DNA from: Chlamydiales bacterium
GTDB lineage: Bacteria; Chlamydiota; Chlamydiia; Chlamydiales; SM23-39
DNA length: 64,000 nt
Direction of reading: 5' to 3'
Assembly (NCBI GenBank): GCA_028278035.1
Contig: JANQFC010000027.1
Location: 74,289 to 138,288, forward strand
Position 1 is the first letter of the stretch. Each line of letters opens with the position of its first letter. Both the position numbers and the translations under genes were made by a program. Of this stretch, positions 8,887 to 18,797 are shown piece after piece. Below the pieces are notes generated by a model. The model was not told where the DNA came from, ran no database searches, and saw only the letters and a list, made by a program, of their open reading frames with translations.

Positions 8887-10737
8887 ATGAAAATTGATCT
8901 AAAAAAAATATTCACTTTTTTATCCGGCATATTTTTAGTGGTCGGGTATGTTGTAGGCAAGTTAAATGGCTTTCAAGACATATTTTATTATATATGTATA
9001 GCATTTGGCGGCACTTATGTTGCTATAGATGCTTTTAAGGTAATTTTTGAAAGGCACTTTTTAGATATTAATTTTCTGGCTTTAATTGCAGCTGTCGGCG
9101 CTATTTTTATAAGTCAGCTTCCAGAAGCCGGAGCTGTGGTATTTTTATTATCTCTTGCTAAAGTCTTTGAAGAATACGGCATTGAAAAATCCAGAAAAGC
9201 AGTCGAGTCTTTAGTCAGAAAGTCTCCTAAAGAAGCTACTTTATTAGATGGAACTAAAAAGAAAATTGAAGATATCAACGTTAAAGACAAAATTATTGTA
9301 AAGCCTGGAGACATGATTCCATTAGACGGAATTATTACTAAAGGCCAGTCTTCTGTTGATGAAGCGACTATTACAGGGGAGTCTATTCCTAGAGATAAAA
9401 AAGAAAAAGACAGCGTTTTTCAAGGAACAATGAATATCAATGGATATTTGGAAATTGAAGTATCTAAAAAAAGTACAGATACAATTTATTCAAAGATAAT
9501 AAAACTTATTGAGCAGGCTCAAAAGTCTAGAGCTCCCATGCAAGAGTTTGTTGATGTTTTTGCTAAATATTATACTCCTATTATTGTAATATGCGCTTTT
9601 TTGTTAGCTGTTATACCTTCTTTATTTTTTAAAGAGGCTTTTAGCCCTTTTTTGTATAGATCTTTAGTGTTATTGGTTATAGCCTGTCCCTGTGCTTTGG
9701 TTTTGTCTACACCGGTAAGTGTAGCTTCCGCCATTGGAAGCGCTTCTAAAAAAGGGCTTCTTGTAAAAGGAGGTAAGTATTTAGAATTTTTAGCAAAAGT
9801 AAAGGCCATAGCTTTTGATAAGACCAAGACCTTAACCTACGGCAAGCCTTATGTTGAGGAAGTTATTACTTTTAATGATTTTTCTGAAAAAGAAGTCTTG
9901 GCCGATGCTGCAGGAATAGAAAAATTTTCTTCTCATCCTATATCAAAAAGTATTTTGGATTATGCGGAAAAGAAAAAAATAACACCTCATTTAATGAAAG
10001 AGTTTGAAAATATATCAGGAAAAGGTAGTCATGCTGTTTGTTTGGTTTGTGAGAACTTAAAGCACCTAATAGGCAATTTAAAATTATTCAAATCCAGTAT
10101 TGATATTTCTAAAGCGCATTTAGAGAAAATTGAGAATCTGGAAAAAAACGGCAAGACAGTAATTTTAGTGGGGGAAGGAGATAAGCTAACAGGAGCTATT
10201 TCTATTTCTGATAAAATTAGAGATGAAGCGGCTCAAGCTGTTAATGATCTAAAAAATATGAAAATAGAATCTATTGTTTTGACCGGCGATAATTATCATG
10301 CTGCAAATTTTGTTGCCCAAAAGTTAAATATTAAAAAAGTTTTTGCCTCTCTGCTTCCAGACGAGAAAGTAAATAAGATTAATGAATTAAAACAAGAATA
10401 TAAAATTATATCTATGGTAGGAGATGGTATTAATGATGCGCCGTCTTTAGCGACTGCATCAATTGGGATTGCAATGGGAGTGCAGGGCTCTGATGTTGCG
10501 ATAGAAACAGCGGATGTGGTTTTAATGAATAATAATTTATTGAATATTGTAAATGTTATAAAGCTTGGAAAAAAAACTATTAAAACGATAAAGCAAAATA
10601 TTTTTGCTTCCCTTTTAATAAAGTTTATATTTTTTTTACTGGCTGTAATCGGATATATGGAACTGGAATATGCAGTAATGGCAGATTCCGGAATAGCCCT
10701 TATGGTAATATTAAATAGTTTGAGATTATTCAAATGA
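8887..10737 (+). CDS. Heavy-metal translocating P1B-type ATPase (Cd/Zn/Co-like)
   Basis: CPC metal motif in TM (ACPCALVLSTP), TGES, phosphorylation motif reading DKTKTLT, hinge GDGINDAP. No N-terminal CxxC metal-binding domain. Confidence 0.9.
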   Translation: MKIDLKKIFTFLSGIFLVVGYVVGKLNGFQDIFYYICIAFGGTYVAIDAFKVIFERHFLDINFLALIAAVGAIFISQLPEAGAVVFLLSLAKVFEEYGIEKSRKAVESLVRKSPKEATLLDGTKKKIEDINVKDKIIVKPGDMIPLDGIITKGQSSVDEATITGESIPRDKKEKDSVFQGTMNINGYLEIEVSKKSTDTIYSKIIKLIEQAQKSRAPMQEFVDVFAKYYTPIIVICAFLLAVIPSLFFKEAFSPFLYRSLVLLVIACPCALVLSTPVSVASAIGSASKKGLLVKGGKYLEFLAKVKAIAFDKTKTLTYGKPYVEEVITFNDFSEKEVLADAAGIEKFSSHPISKSILDYAEKKKITPHLMKEFENISGKGSHAVCLVCENLKHLIGNLKLFKSSIDISKAHLEKIENLEKNGKTVILVGEGDKLTGAISISDKIRDEAAQAVNDLKNMKIESIVLTGDNYHAANFVAQKLNIKKVFASLLPDEKVNKINELKQEYKIISMVGDGINDAPSLATASIGIAMGVQGSDVAIETADVVLMNNNLLNIVNVIKLGKKTIKTIKQNIFASLLIKFIFFLLAVIGYMELEYAVMADSGIALMVILNSLRLFK

Positions 10738-10738
10738 A

Positions 10739-10813
10739 TCGGGGTAGAGGGATTTGAACCCCCGACCTACTGGTCCCAAACCAGCCGCGCTAGCCAAGCT
10801 GCGCTATACCCCG
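10739..10813 (-). tRNA. tRNA-Pro (anticodon UGG)
   Basis: Reverse complement CGGGGTATAGCGCAGCTTGGCTAGCGCG...GCTGG-TTTGGGA-CCAGT...TCGGGGGTTCAAATCCCTCTACCCCGA. Canonical cloverleaf, no encoded CCA. Confidence 0.85.
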
Positions 10814-10940
10814 ATTTGAAACTCCAATTTTATTATAAATAACTCTTTAAGAGCAATCTCAAAAAGTAATTTTTGAAAACTTATAAAAAATATTGTATAA
10901 CCAATTGTAATAATAAACGGGATTCAAAAAAGGCTTTACC

Positions 10941-12479
10941 ATGACATTTAAAAACACTAAGAGTTATAAGAAGTTAACTGATTTAGCGAAAAATCCGATA
11001 GACCTTACCAAAGAAGGCGTTTTTACAGCTCAAAGAGTTAAAAGTTGCAAAATTGAAAATTTAAAATATAAACTTTTATATGCAGCTGAAAGAGTTGATG
11101 AAAATGTTATTGAAGAGCTGAAAAATTTAGCTGAGGAGATGAAAGTTGTTGAAAAAATGCATCAGATGCAAGAGGGTAAGGTTATAAATACATCTGAAAA
11201 TAGAGAAGTCTTGCATACAGCTACAAGAGATTTTTTTGAAGATCCGATTAATTCAAAACAAGCGAAAGAAGCTGCGCGGTTAGCGTATTTAGAGGTTAAA
11301 AAATTAGATAGGTTTTTAAAGAAAATAGATGGCCAATTCTCTACTTTAGTGCAAATTGGAATAGGAGGATCTTTTCTAGGGCCTAAAGCCTTATATCATG
11401 CTTTGGAAAAATATAATCACAATAAAGCGGTTAAATTCATTTCAAATGTGGATCCTGATGATGCTATAGCTGTATTAAAGGAAGTTGATCTTAAAAAAAC
11501 ATTGTTTGTTGTAGTTTCAAAATCAGGCACTACATTAGAAACTTTAACTAATGAAGAGTTTGTTAAAGAGGTTTTAATTAAAAAGGGATTAAAACCTAAA
11601 GATCATATTGTATCAGTGACAGCAAAAGATAGTCCAATGGACGATCCAAATAATTATTTAGAGTCTTTTTATATATGGGACTATATTGGAGGCAGATATT
11701 CTGCGACAGCTATGGTGGGAGGTGTTTCTTTAGGCTTTGCTTTTGGAGTAGATGTTTATAGAAAAATCCTGCATGGAGCCAGTAATATGGACAAGGTTGC
11801 ATTAGATAGTGATATAAATAAAAACTTACCTCTATTTTCTGCTCTTTTGGGGATATGGAACAGAAACTTTTTAAATCATCCGACAGCGTCTGTTATTCCA
11901 TATTCTCAGGCATTGTTGTATTTTCCGCTGCATCTACAGCAGTTAGATATGGAGTCTAATGGAAAATCAGTGAATGTTGAAGGTAAGAAAATAGATTATA
12001 GAACAGGACCTGTAACTTTTGGAGATATAGGAACTAATGCCCAACATTCTTTTTTTCAGCTTTTACATCAAGGTACAGATATTGTTCCGATTGAATTTGT
12101 TGGTTTTAAAAAATCCCAATACAACAAAGATCTGAAAGTAAAAGGCACATCATCTCAAGAAAAGTTGTTAGCCAATATGCTGGCTCAATCTATTGCTTTG
12201 GCAACCGGTAAAAAAGACAAAAATCCCAATAAAAACTTTTCCGGTAATAGAGTTAATCATATTTTAGCGGCAGACGAGCTGACCCCTTATAATTTGGGAG
12301 CTTTGCTATCGTATTTTGAAAATAAGATAGCTTTTCAAGGTTTTATTTGGGGGATAAATTCTTTTGATCAGGAAGGAGTTCAGTTAGGTAAAGTATTAGC
12401 TAATAAGATTTTGGATATCTATCAAGAAAAAGAAACAAATTTTGATACTGCCAAAGCTTATTTAAATCATTTAAAATAA
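10941..12479 (+). CDS. pgi: Glucose-6-phosphate isomerase
   Basis: 512 aa. PGI blocks IGIGGSFLGP, VVSKSGTTLET, IGGRYS, ESNGK, GTNAQHSFFQLLHQG. Confidence 0.9.
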   Translation: MTFKNTKSYKKLTDLAKNPIDLTKEGVFTAQRVKSCKIENLKYKLLYAAERVDENVIEELKNLAEEMKVVEKMHQMQEGKVINTSENREVLHTATRDFFEDPINSKQAKEAARLAYLEVKKLDRFLKKIDGQFSTLVQIGIGGSFLGPKALYHALEKYNHNKAVKFISNVDPDDAIAVLKEVDLKKTLFVVVSKSGTTLETLTNEEFVKEVLIKKGLKPKDHIVSVTAKDSPMDDPNNYLESFYIWDYIGGRYSATAMVGGVSLGFAFGVDVYRKILHGASNMDKVALDSDINKNLPLFSALLGIWNRNFLNHPTASVIPYSQALLYFPLHLQQLDMESNGKSVNVEGKKIDYRTGPVTFGDIGTNAQHSFFQLLHQGTDIVPIEFVGFKKSQYNKDLKVKGTSSQEKLLANMLAQSIALATGKKDKNPNKNFSGNRVNHILAADELTPYNLGALLSYFENKIAFQGFIWGINSFDQEGVQLGKVLANKILDIYQEKETNFDTAKAYLNHLK

Positions 12480-12525
12480 AGTTAGGTATTGGAGTTATAT
12501 TCCTAGAAAGATTGTTTCGGATACT

Positions 12526-13581
12526 CTAGCTTTTAATATGAATTAAATATTCACCTTTAAAAGATCTGTCTACTTTAGGTTGGGTTATGAAAACCTGTGA
12601 GAAATTATTTAAATACTTTTTTAGCATATGTTTATGATTCTCATCTAAATGAGCATCATAATCATCAATTCCCAAAATAGCTAGATTGTATTTAGATAAG
12701 ATTTTCCATTCGGTGAAGCGAAGAGCGAACAAGAGCAGTTTTTTTTGACCTTCAGATGCGAATTTCTTAGCTATATTGTCGTTTATTAGAAATAACAGAT
12801 CGTCTTTATGAGGACCTATCAAAGTACTGCCGAATATGAATTCTTTATTTCTATTTTTATCTAGCTCTTTTAAGAACTGAGCTTCTGTGTCTAATATATT
12901 TTTTTGCATGGACATGGACGATTTATAAAAAAGTTTAAAGGTCTTTATTTTCTTAGTGAGGTTTTGAATGATAAAGGAGAGCTCTGCGTTCAATTCGGTT
13001 ATCATTTCATTTCTTTTATGAGTTATATAGCTAGCTGATTTGGAAAGGATGATTTCCCATGGTTTTATTGTGCTTTTGTTTTTTGCCTTTAATAAAAAGT
13101 TTCTTTGTTTGTTTGCTTTTACAAATCTGGACAAATGATGTATGTACAAAGGATCTTTTTGAGCTAAATGCAGATTTAAAAGCTTTCTTCTAATAGATGG
13201 CTTGCTGGATATTAACTCTATATCTTCTGGGGCATATAAGATCATTGGGAAAAGACCCATTAGATCGGAAAAAGAAAAATATTTTTTAGAGTTGTACTCT
13301 ATTTTTTTATTTTTACCATCGTAGTATATTTTAATATTTTGAGAGATTGTATCTTTTATAATTTCAGCTTCTACATAAAAAAACTTTTTATTTTCTTGAA
13401 TAAGATCCGATAAGTTTTGAGTTCTAAAAGATTTACCGGTACTTATTAAATAAATAGCTTCTAATATATTTGTTTTGCCTTCAGCATTATCTCCATATAT
13501 CACATTAATATGAGGAGAAAAAGAAATTTTAAAGTTTGAAAAATTCCTAAAATTATGTAAGAGCAGGCTTTTCAGTTGCAT
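12526..13581 (-). CDS. recF: DNA replication/repair protein RecF
   Basis: N-terminus LLLHNFRNF...IYGDNAEGKTNILEAIYL (Walker A), C-terminal LGIDDYDAHLD (Walker B-like). Immediately downstream of dnaN. Confidence 0.9.
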   Translation of the reverse strand: MQLKSLLLHNFRNFSNFKISFSPHINVIYGDNAEGKTNILEAIYLISTGKSFRTQNLSDLIQENKKFFYVEAEIIKDTISQNIKIYYDGKNKKIEYNSKKYFSFSDLMGLFPMILYAPEDIELISSKPSIRRKLLNLHLAQKDPLYIHHLSRFVKANKQRNFLLKAKNKSTIKPWEIILSKSASYITHKRNEMITELNAELSFIIQNLTKKIKTFKLFYKSSMSMQKNILDTEAQFLKELDKNRNKEFIFGSTLIGPHKDDLLFLINDNIAKKFASEGQKKLLLFALRFTEWKILSKYNLAILGIDDYDAHLDENHKHMLKKYLNNFSQVFITQPKVDRSFKGEYLIHIKS

Positions 13582-14704
13582 TTGCAGAACTTATTGTAAT
13601 GGATCCCTCATTTAACCTCATAGGCATAATAACAAATAAAGCTGATGTAGAATCTGTAATAACTCCCGGGTTATAAGAATCCTGAAGAGAAAATTTTATC
13701 GTTTCATCTTTGCTGTGTCTTAAGATATCTATAAAGTAAAAAGGGTTAAATGCTATTTCGAATCTTTCTCCTGAATAATCAACAGGCATAGATACTATAC
13801 CTTCTCCGATGTCGGAGCTAATTGCAGTAAGCTGAAGTTGATTATCTTCAAAAATAAATCTGACAGAGCCGGAAGTATCTGTTGTAAATAAAGAAACCTG
13901 TCTGAGCAGGGTAATAAGTTCTTCTCTATGAAGAGTCATTTCAATTGGGGTAGTCTCCGGGATCACTCTTTCAACATCAGGATATTGTCCTGTTAATAGT
14001 TTGGTGATTAATGTTAGATTTGAATTTTCTAAAAAGACTTTATCATGCATTAAACAAAGATTGATGTTTTGCTCTTCGTCCGGAAGCATCTTTATCATTT
14101 CTTCCGATGCCTTTAAAGGCAAAATGTAAGAGCCCTGAAAAGAAGTATCAATGTCTATTTTTGTTTGCAGTTTAGAAAGTCTTTTGCCGTCAGTGCCGAT
14201 AAAAGTTGCTGATCCGTTATTGATTTGCATATAGATGCCGTTTAGGACATATCTGCTGTCTTCTCTTGCACAGGCAAAATATGTTTTAGATAGCATCTCT
14301 TTTAACTTCATTGCCGGAATTGGTATCTGCATAGCGTTATTGATATCTGGAAGTGTCGGGAACTCTGATTTGTTCATTCCGTTAATTTTAAAGTTAGAAG
14401 ATACTGATGTAATTTCAGCGACTTCATTTGAAAGAAGGCTTATTTTAATTTGAGGGGAAGTTAATTCTCTTACCAGCTGAAAAAATCTTTTAGCTGGAAG
14501 GGCTATCGCTCCTTCTTCTATGACTTTTGATTCTGAATTGCATCTCATGGATGTAGTTAAATCTGTTGCGCTGAGTATTAGTTGATCGTCAATAGCTTCA
14601 ATTAGAACATTAGACAAAATAGGGATTGCGGGTTTATTTGCTACGATACTTTGTATTTTTCCAATTAGAGTAACCAAATCGTTTTTGGAAATTACAGCTT
14701 TCAT
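13553..14704 (-). CDS. dnaN: DNA polymerase III beta sliding clamp
   Basis: 383 aa with three-domain clamp pattern and a typical N-terminus (VISKNDLVTLIGKIQSIV...PILSNVLIEA). After the usual MPMRL end there is a tail of about 19 aa that overlaps the recF start by 29 nt. Confidence 0.9.
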   Translation of the reverse strand: MKAVISKNDLVTLIGKIQSIVANKPAIPILSNVLIEAIDDQLILSATDLTTSMRCNSESKVIEEGAIALPAKRFFQLVRELTSPQIKISLLSNEVAEITSVSSNFKINGMNKSEFPTLPDINNAMQIPIPAMKLKEMLSKTYFACAREDSRYVLNGIYMQINNGSATFIGTDGKRLSKLQTKIDIDTSFQGSYILPLKASEEMIKMLPDEEQNINLCLMHDKVFLENSNLTLITKLLTGQYPDVERVIPETTPIEMTLHREELITLLRQVSLFTTDTSGSVRFIFEDNQLQLTAISSDIGEGIVSMPVDYSGERFEIAFNPFYFIDILRHSKDETIKFSLQDSYNPGVITDSTSALFVIMPMRLNEGSITISSANATEKPALT

Positions 14705-14778
14705 GAATTTACCTCATTAAATATTACACTTTAAGAAAAAAACATACGTTATTTTTTTAAGATCGTCAAGAATTATTA

Positions 14779-15237
14779 TTAATAGTCTTTTATTGTTTTT
14801 TGAATTTGTTTTTTGTGTTCTTTTTCTTTCAATTTAGAGCGTTTATCGTAAGTTTTCTTGCCTTTTGCGACAGCAATTTTTATTTTTGCTTTTCTATTTT
14901 TTAGAAAAATAGACAGTGGTATTAAAGCGAGGCCCTTTTCTTTTATTTTTTTATCGAGTTTTAAAATTTCACTTCTGTGCATTAAAAGTTTTCTTCTTCT
15001 TCTTTCTTCGTGAACATAAGAAGAAGTGTGGGAATATTGAGAAATATGGCAGTTAAGAAGCCATATTTCATTGTTCTTGATCTCGACATAAGAATCTTGA
15101 AGTGATCCGCCATGGTTTCTAAGAGATTTGATTTCACTTCCTAAAAGTACCATGCCAGCTTCATATGTTTCTAAAATTTCATAATCATGAAAAGCTTTTC
15201 TGTTAGACACTAATTCATTTTGTTTCATAAAAAACAC
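14779..15237 (-). CDS. smpB: SsrA-binding protein
   Basis: NRKAFHDYEILETYEAGMVLLGSEIKSLR and a basic C-terminal tail typical of SmpB. The true start may be the internal Met 3 codons in. Confidence 0.9.
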   Translation of the reverse strand: MFFMKQNELVSNRKAFHDYEILETYEAGMVLLGSEIKSLRNHGGSLQDSYVEIKNNEIWLLNCHISQYSHTSSYVHEERRRRKLLMHRSEILKLDKKIKEKGLALIPLSIFLKNRKAKIKIAVAKGKKTYDKRSKLKEKEHKKQIQKTIKDY

Positions 15238-15242
15238 ATTTT

Positions 15243-16688
15243 TTAAAAGTCAAACAATGATCTTCCAAATTCTGTGACCATTAAACAGTCTTTTTGTTTG
15301 ATAGATCCAATAGCTACAATACCAGTTTCAAATAATCTTTCAAATACAACTGTTTTAATAAACAGAACCTCTTCTTGAGTATAAACGGGAATATTGTATT
15401 TATAAATTTTTCCAAATTTTTTTAGTTTAACGCTATTATCTGTATCAAATGATACTAAGAAGCTTTTTACAAAATCTTCGAAATATACCCATCCGATATG
15501 AAGTATTCTTAAAATAGATTTTTCAGCTTCTCTGATCTTTTTTTCTGTAAGCAAGGTATTTGGTATATCTTTATTGACTATATGGTTCAATGAATGATGG
15601 TATAAATGAAGAGCTTTTTTACCAAAGTCCATAGTCATCCAGTCTTTAGCAGATTCAGATAGATATAATTTATCATTTTTTTTCTCGATAAACTTAATTT
15701 GGAGAAGTTTATTTACCACAGAGTTAATATATGCAGAGTTCACATGAATGTCAGGATCTTTTAAATTTAGTTCTTTTGCTAAATTTTCTTTAGTTTCTTT
15801 AAGGGAAAAATTTTTCTTAGCCATGAGCAGGATGCTGGAGATATCTTCAACAAAACCAAAGTCAGTATTTCTTTTTCTGCTGATACTATTAGAGGGAATT
15901 GTCTTAACTTCTGTATTTTTTAAATGATGCTTATATTCTTTATATTCATGAAAAAATACTATTTTTTCTACTAGGACGTTATTTTCAACTTTATATGTTA
16001 AATAACACACAAAATTAAATTCTAAAAGTAGAATATGTTCTAAGAAATCTTCTCTTGCTAAATTGAATTTTTGCTGAATGTCTTTTGAGTTTATTTCAAA
16101 ATTAGTGGAATTTCTTAATTTAGTGATAATTTCTTTAAATATGTCATTCTCGTTTTCAATTTCATCTAAATAACGTTGGTACATTTGAGGAGTAAGCAGA
16201 TATCTATCTATTATTGAATTAAATATATTATTAGAAGCTCTGGGAAGAGAATACCAAATCGGCAGGATATGAATAGGAATCTTATGTAGAAGACCTTGAA
16301 TAAATAACATGTCGGGTTTGAAGTCATCATCAAATCTGGAGAATTCAAATTCAAAATATTTTCTTGTTTTCTTATCGATGAAAATGATTTCTTGCTCTAT
16401 TTGCAAAAGATTTGTAGTACTTAATTTTTCTAGAATCGGCATCAGCTTTTTTTCTGATACATCTAAATTTTTGGATAGTCTACTGACAGAAGTTTTTACT
16501 GAGCTATATAAAATTTCTTCTAATACTTCCAGCTCGAATTTCGAGAAGGTAGACAAAAGAGATCTATTATCTATGTCTTTTTTGTAATCATAATCTAGAA
16601 GTGAAATTTTATTTTTACGTACTTGAGTGAGTTCTAACATCTTTAATCCTAAAAATTTGGCTTTTCCCGAGTATAAACTATAAATCAA
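15243..16688 (-). CDS. Hypothetical protein (481 aa), unknown function
   Basis: Long uninterrupted ORF with protein-like composition, co-directional with and tightly packed between smpB and rarA. No motif recognised. Confidence 0.6.
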   Translation of the reverse strand: MIYSLYSGKAKFLGLKMLELTQVRKNKISLLDYDYKKDIDNRSLLSTFSKFELEVLEEILYSSVKTSVSRLSKNLDVSEKKLMPILEKLSTTNLLQIEQEIIFIDKKTRKYFEFEFSRFDDDFKPDMLFIQGLLHKIPIHILPIWYSLPRASNNIFNSIIDRYLLTPQMYQRYLDEIENENDIFKEIITKLRNSTNFEINSKDIQQKFNLAREDFLEHILLLEFNFVCYLTYKVENNVLVEKIVFFHEYKEYKHHLKNTEVKTIPSNSISRKRNTDFGFVEDISSILLMAKKNFSLKETKENLAKELNLKDPDIHVNSAYINSVVNKLLQIKFIEKKNDKLYLSESAKDWMTMDFGKKALHLYHHSLNHIVNKDIPNTLLTEKKIREAEKSILRILHIGWVYFEDFVKSFLVSFDTDNSVKLKKFGKIYKYNIPVYTQEEVLFIKTVVFERLFETGIVAIGSIKQKDCLMVTEFGRSLFDF

Positions 16689-16718
16689 GGTTTAATAAAG
16701 AGCAAGCTTGTTGACTAG

Positions 16719-17984
16719 TTAAGTAGAATCTTTAATTTTTCTTAATTTTTTAAAGTACTCAAGCCTTTTTTTCATATCCCTTTCAAAACCTCTTTCTATA
16801 GGGTGATAAAATTCTTGTCTCTGCGTATCTTTGGGAAAATAATTTTGTCCTGAAAAACCATCTTTTTCATCGTGATCGTATATGTATCCTTGTGAATAAC
16901 CCCAATCTTTCATTAGCTTAGTCGGGGCATTAAGTATCGTGTGAGGAGGAGGCAGGTGACTGGAATTTTGTGCTAATTTTGAAGCTTTTTCATATGCTAT
17001 ATATGCTGCGTTGCTTTTAGGAGCTAAAGCCAAATAAATTACCGCCTGTGCTAATGCCAGCTCGCCTTCCGGGGAACCTAGCATGTGATAAGTGTTATAA
17101 GCATTCATAGCAATATTTAAAGCTTGGGGGTCTGCTAAAGAGATATCTTCGATTGCTATTCTAATAATTCTTCTAGCAATATATTTTGGATCTTCTCCTC
17201 CGTTTAGCATTCTGCACAGCCAATATAATGCTGCATCGGGATCAGAGCCTCTGACTGATTTATGCAAAGCTGATATTAAATTGTAGTGCTCTTCAGAGGC
17301 CCTATCGTAAAGAGCTGGTTTTTTTTGTATGATCTTATCAATGTCAGCAATGTCAATTTTTGCTTTATCGATGTTTTCGATGTTTTCGATCATGTTAAGA
17401 AGGTGCCTTGCATCTCCATTAGAAATATTGATTAAATGATTTTTGGCTTTAATGGAGAGATGTAACTCTTTTTTATTAGACTCATAATGATTGATAATTT
17501 TTTCTAAATCAATGTTTTTTAGTGAATTAAGTTTTAATACTCTAAGTCGTGATAGCAAAGCATTATTTAATGAAAATGAAGGATTTTCAGTTGTGGCTCC
17601 TATTAAAATAATAGTGCCGTCTTCTACAAAAGGAAGAAAACTATCTTGTTGGGCTTTGTTAAATCTATGTATTTCGTCAACAAAAAGAATGGTGTGAGTA
17701 TTTAAAAGTAGCGTGTTTTTAGCTTTTTCGATTATTTTTTTTATGTCCGACACGCCGCTAAAAACAGCACTGAGTGTTATAAACTCACTTTTGAATGAAT
17801 TGGCATAAAGTTTGGCTATTGTAGTTTTGCCGGTTCCCGGAGGCCCGAAAAGTAAGATAGACAAGGGTCTTTTATTTTTAATGCTTTTTTGTAAAAAGCT
17901 GTTTGAATCAATAATTTCTTCTTGTCCTACTACTTCTTTGAAAGATTTTGGTCTTAATATTTCAGATAACGGAATTGTTTTCAT
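16719..17984 (-). CDS. rarA: Replication-associated recombination protein A (AAA+ ATPase MgsA/RarA)
   Basis: Walker A GPPGTGKTT, Walker B ILFVDEIHRFNKAQQD, C-terminal MgsA block HYNLISALHKSVRGSDPDAALYWL. Confidence 0.9.
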   Translation of the reverse strand: MKTIPLSEILRPKSFKEVVGQEEIIDSNSFLQKSIKNKRPLSILLFGPPGTGKTTIAKLYANSFKSEFITLSAVFSGVSDIKKIIEKAKNTLLLNTHTILFVDEIHRFNKAQQDSFLPFVEDGTIILIGATTENPSFSLNNALLSRLRVLKLNSLKNIDLEKIINHYESNKKELHLSIKAKNHLINISNGDARHLLNMIENIENIDKAKIDIADIDKIIQKKPALYDRASEEHYNLISALHKSVRGSDPDAALYWLCRMLNGGEDPKYIARRIIRIAIEDISLADPQALNIAMNAYNTYHMLGSPEGELALAQAVIYLALAPKSNAAYIAYEKASKLAQNSSHLPPPHTILNAPTKLMKDWGYSQGYIYDHDEKDGFSGQNYFPKDTQRQEFYHPIERGFERDMKKRLEYFKKLRKIKDST

Positions 17985-18140
17985 AACTTCTCTTATTTAC
18001 AAATTCGATTTCATCTTAAATTATTTAAATAATTAATAACCAGTATTTTATTAAAAAACTTTAAAAAAAATACTTGCATATAAAATAAATTTTTGTCACT
18101 AGTAATAATTGTGAGGGAAATCATTATTTAGAGGAAAATT

Positions 18141-18350
18141 ATGAAAAAAATTAATATTATTGCTTTATTTTTATTAATTCTTGGTGGTTTAAACTGGGGA
18201 TTTTGGGGTGTTGTAGATTTCAACATCGTTGATTATGTTTTTGGAAAAATCTGGATAGATAAAGTTCTTTACTTCTTAATCGGGGTTAGTGCTATCTATG
18301 TAGCAGTAAACTGGAAAGGTTTTTCTTCTAAAATCAAGAAAAAACAATAA
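18141..18350 (+). CDS. DUF378-family small membrane protein
   Basis: 69 aa, two TM helices, with the characteristic LGGLNWGFWGVVDFNIVDYVFG motif. Confidence 0.7.
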   Translation: MKKINIIALFLLILGGLNWGFWGVVDFNIVDYVFGKIWIDKVLYFLIGVSAIYVAVNWKGFSSKIKKKQ

Positions 18351-18363
18351 GCTATAATCAATT

Positions 18364-18404
18364 GGCTCTTTGTAAAATTCTTTGCAAAGGGCCATTTTTA
18401 TTTA
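18364..18404 (+). terminator. Rho-independent terminator after the DUF378 gene
   Basis: Stem GGCTCTTTG / CAAAGGGCC (one mismatch) with a 12-nt loop, followed by a T-rich run ATTTTTATTT. Confidence 0.6.
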
Positions 18405-18480
18405 TCCTTTTAATCTTTAATTTTTTATAAAATAGTAACATAAAGTCGAGTAAAAACAGTTTTAAACTGTTATTAAAAAT

Positions 18481-18505
18481 TGTAAAAAAATCATATTTTT
18501 TTACA
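18481..18505. promoter_or_regulatory. AT-rich inverted repeat in the long leader upstream of the histone-like gene
   Basis: TGTAAAAAAAT-CAT-ATTTTTTTACA: perfect 11-bp arms with a 3-nt spacer. Function unknown. Confidence 0.3.
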
Positions 18506-18797
18506 TTGATTTTTTCTGAATTTAATTAAATTAATCTATTTTTTATATAAAATTTATAAGAAAAAATTGTTTTTTTATTTTGTTTTTTTAATATAAAAAA
18601 AATGGTTCAGAATTACTTTTAAGCGGGATTATTTATAATTAAAATTCTGATTTGTTAAATTAATTGTAAAAAAAATGCAAGAAAATTTGTTTTTTTTTAT
18701 AGAAAATAGTATATTAAAAGTATAAAGAGTAATCATATAAAAAGGTGTTAACCTAGATTACTTTTAACATAGCATTTGAACATACAAGGAGGAATCT

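Noticed and set aside
9114-10733. Antisense ORFs within the P-type ATPase gene (9114-9314, 9570-9827, 10296-10733)
   Set aside because: They are fully contained in a gene with unambiguous P-type ATPase motifs on the other strand. No independent signals support them.
14705-14778. Replication origin next to dnaN
   Set aside because: dnaA is absent, the spacer is only 74 bp, and I saw no cluster of DnaA-box-like 9-mers.
16309-18036. Plus-strand ORFs 16309-16587, 17491-17697 and 17812-18036
   Set aside because: They are antisense shadows inside the 481-aa gene and rarA.
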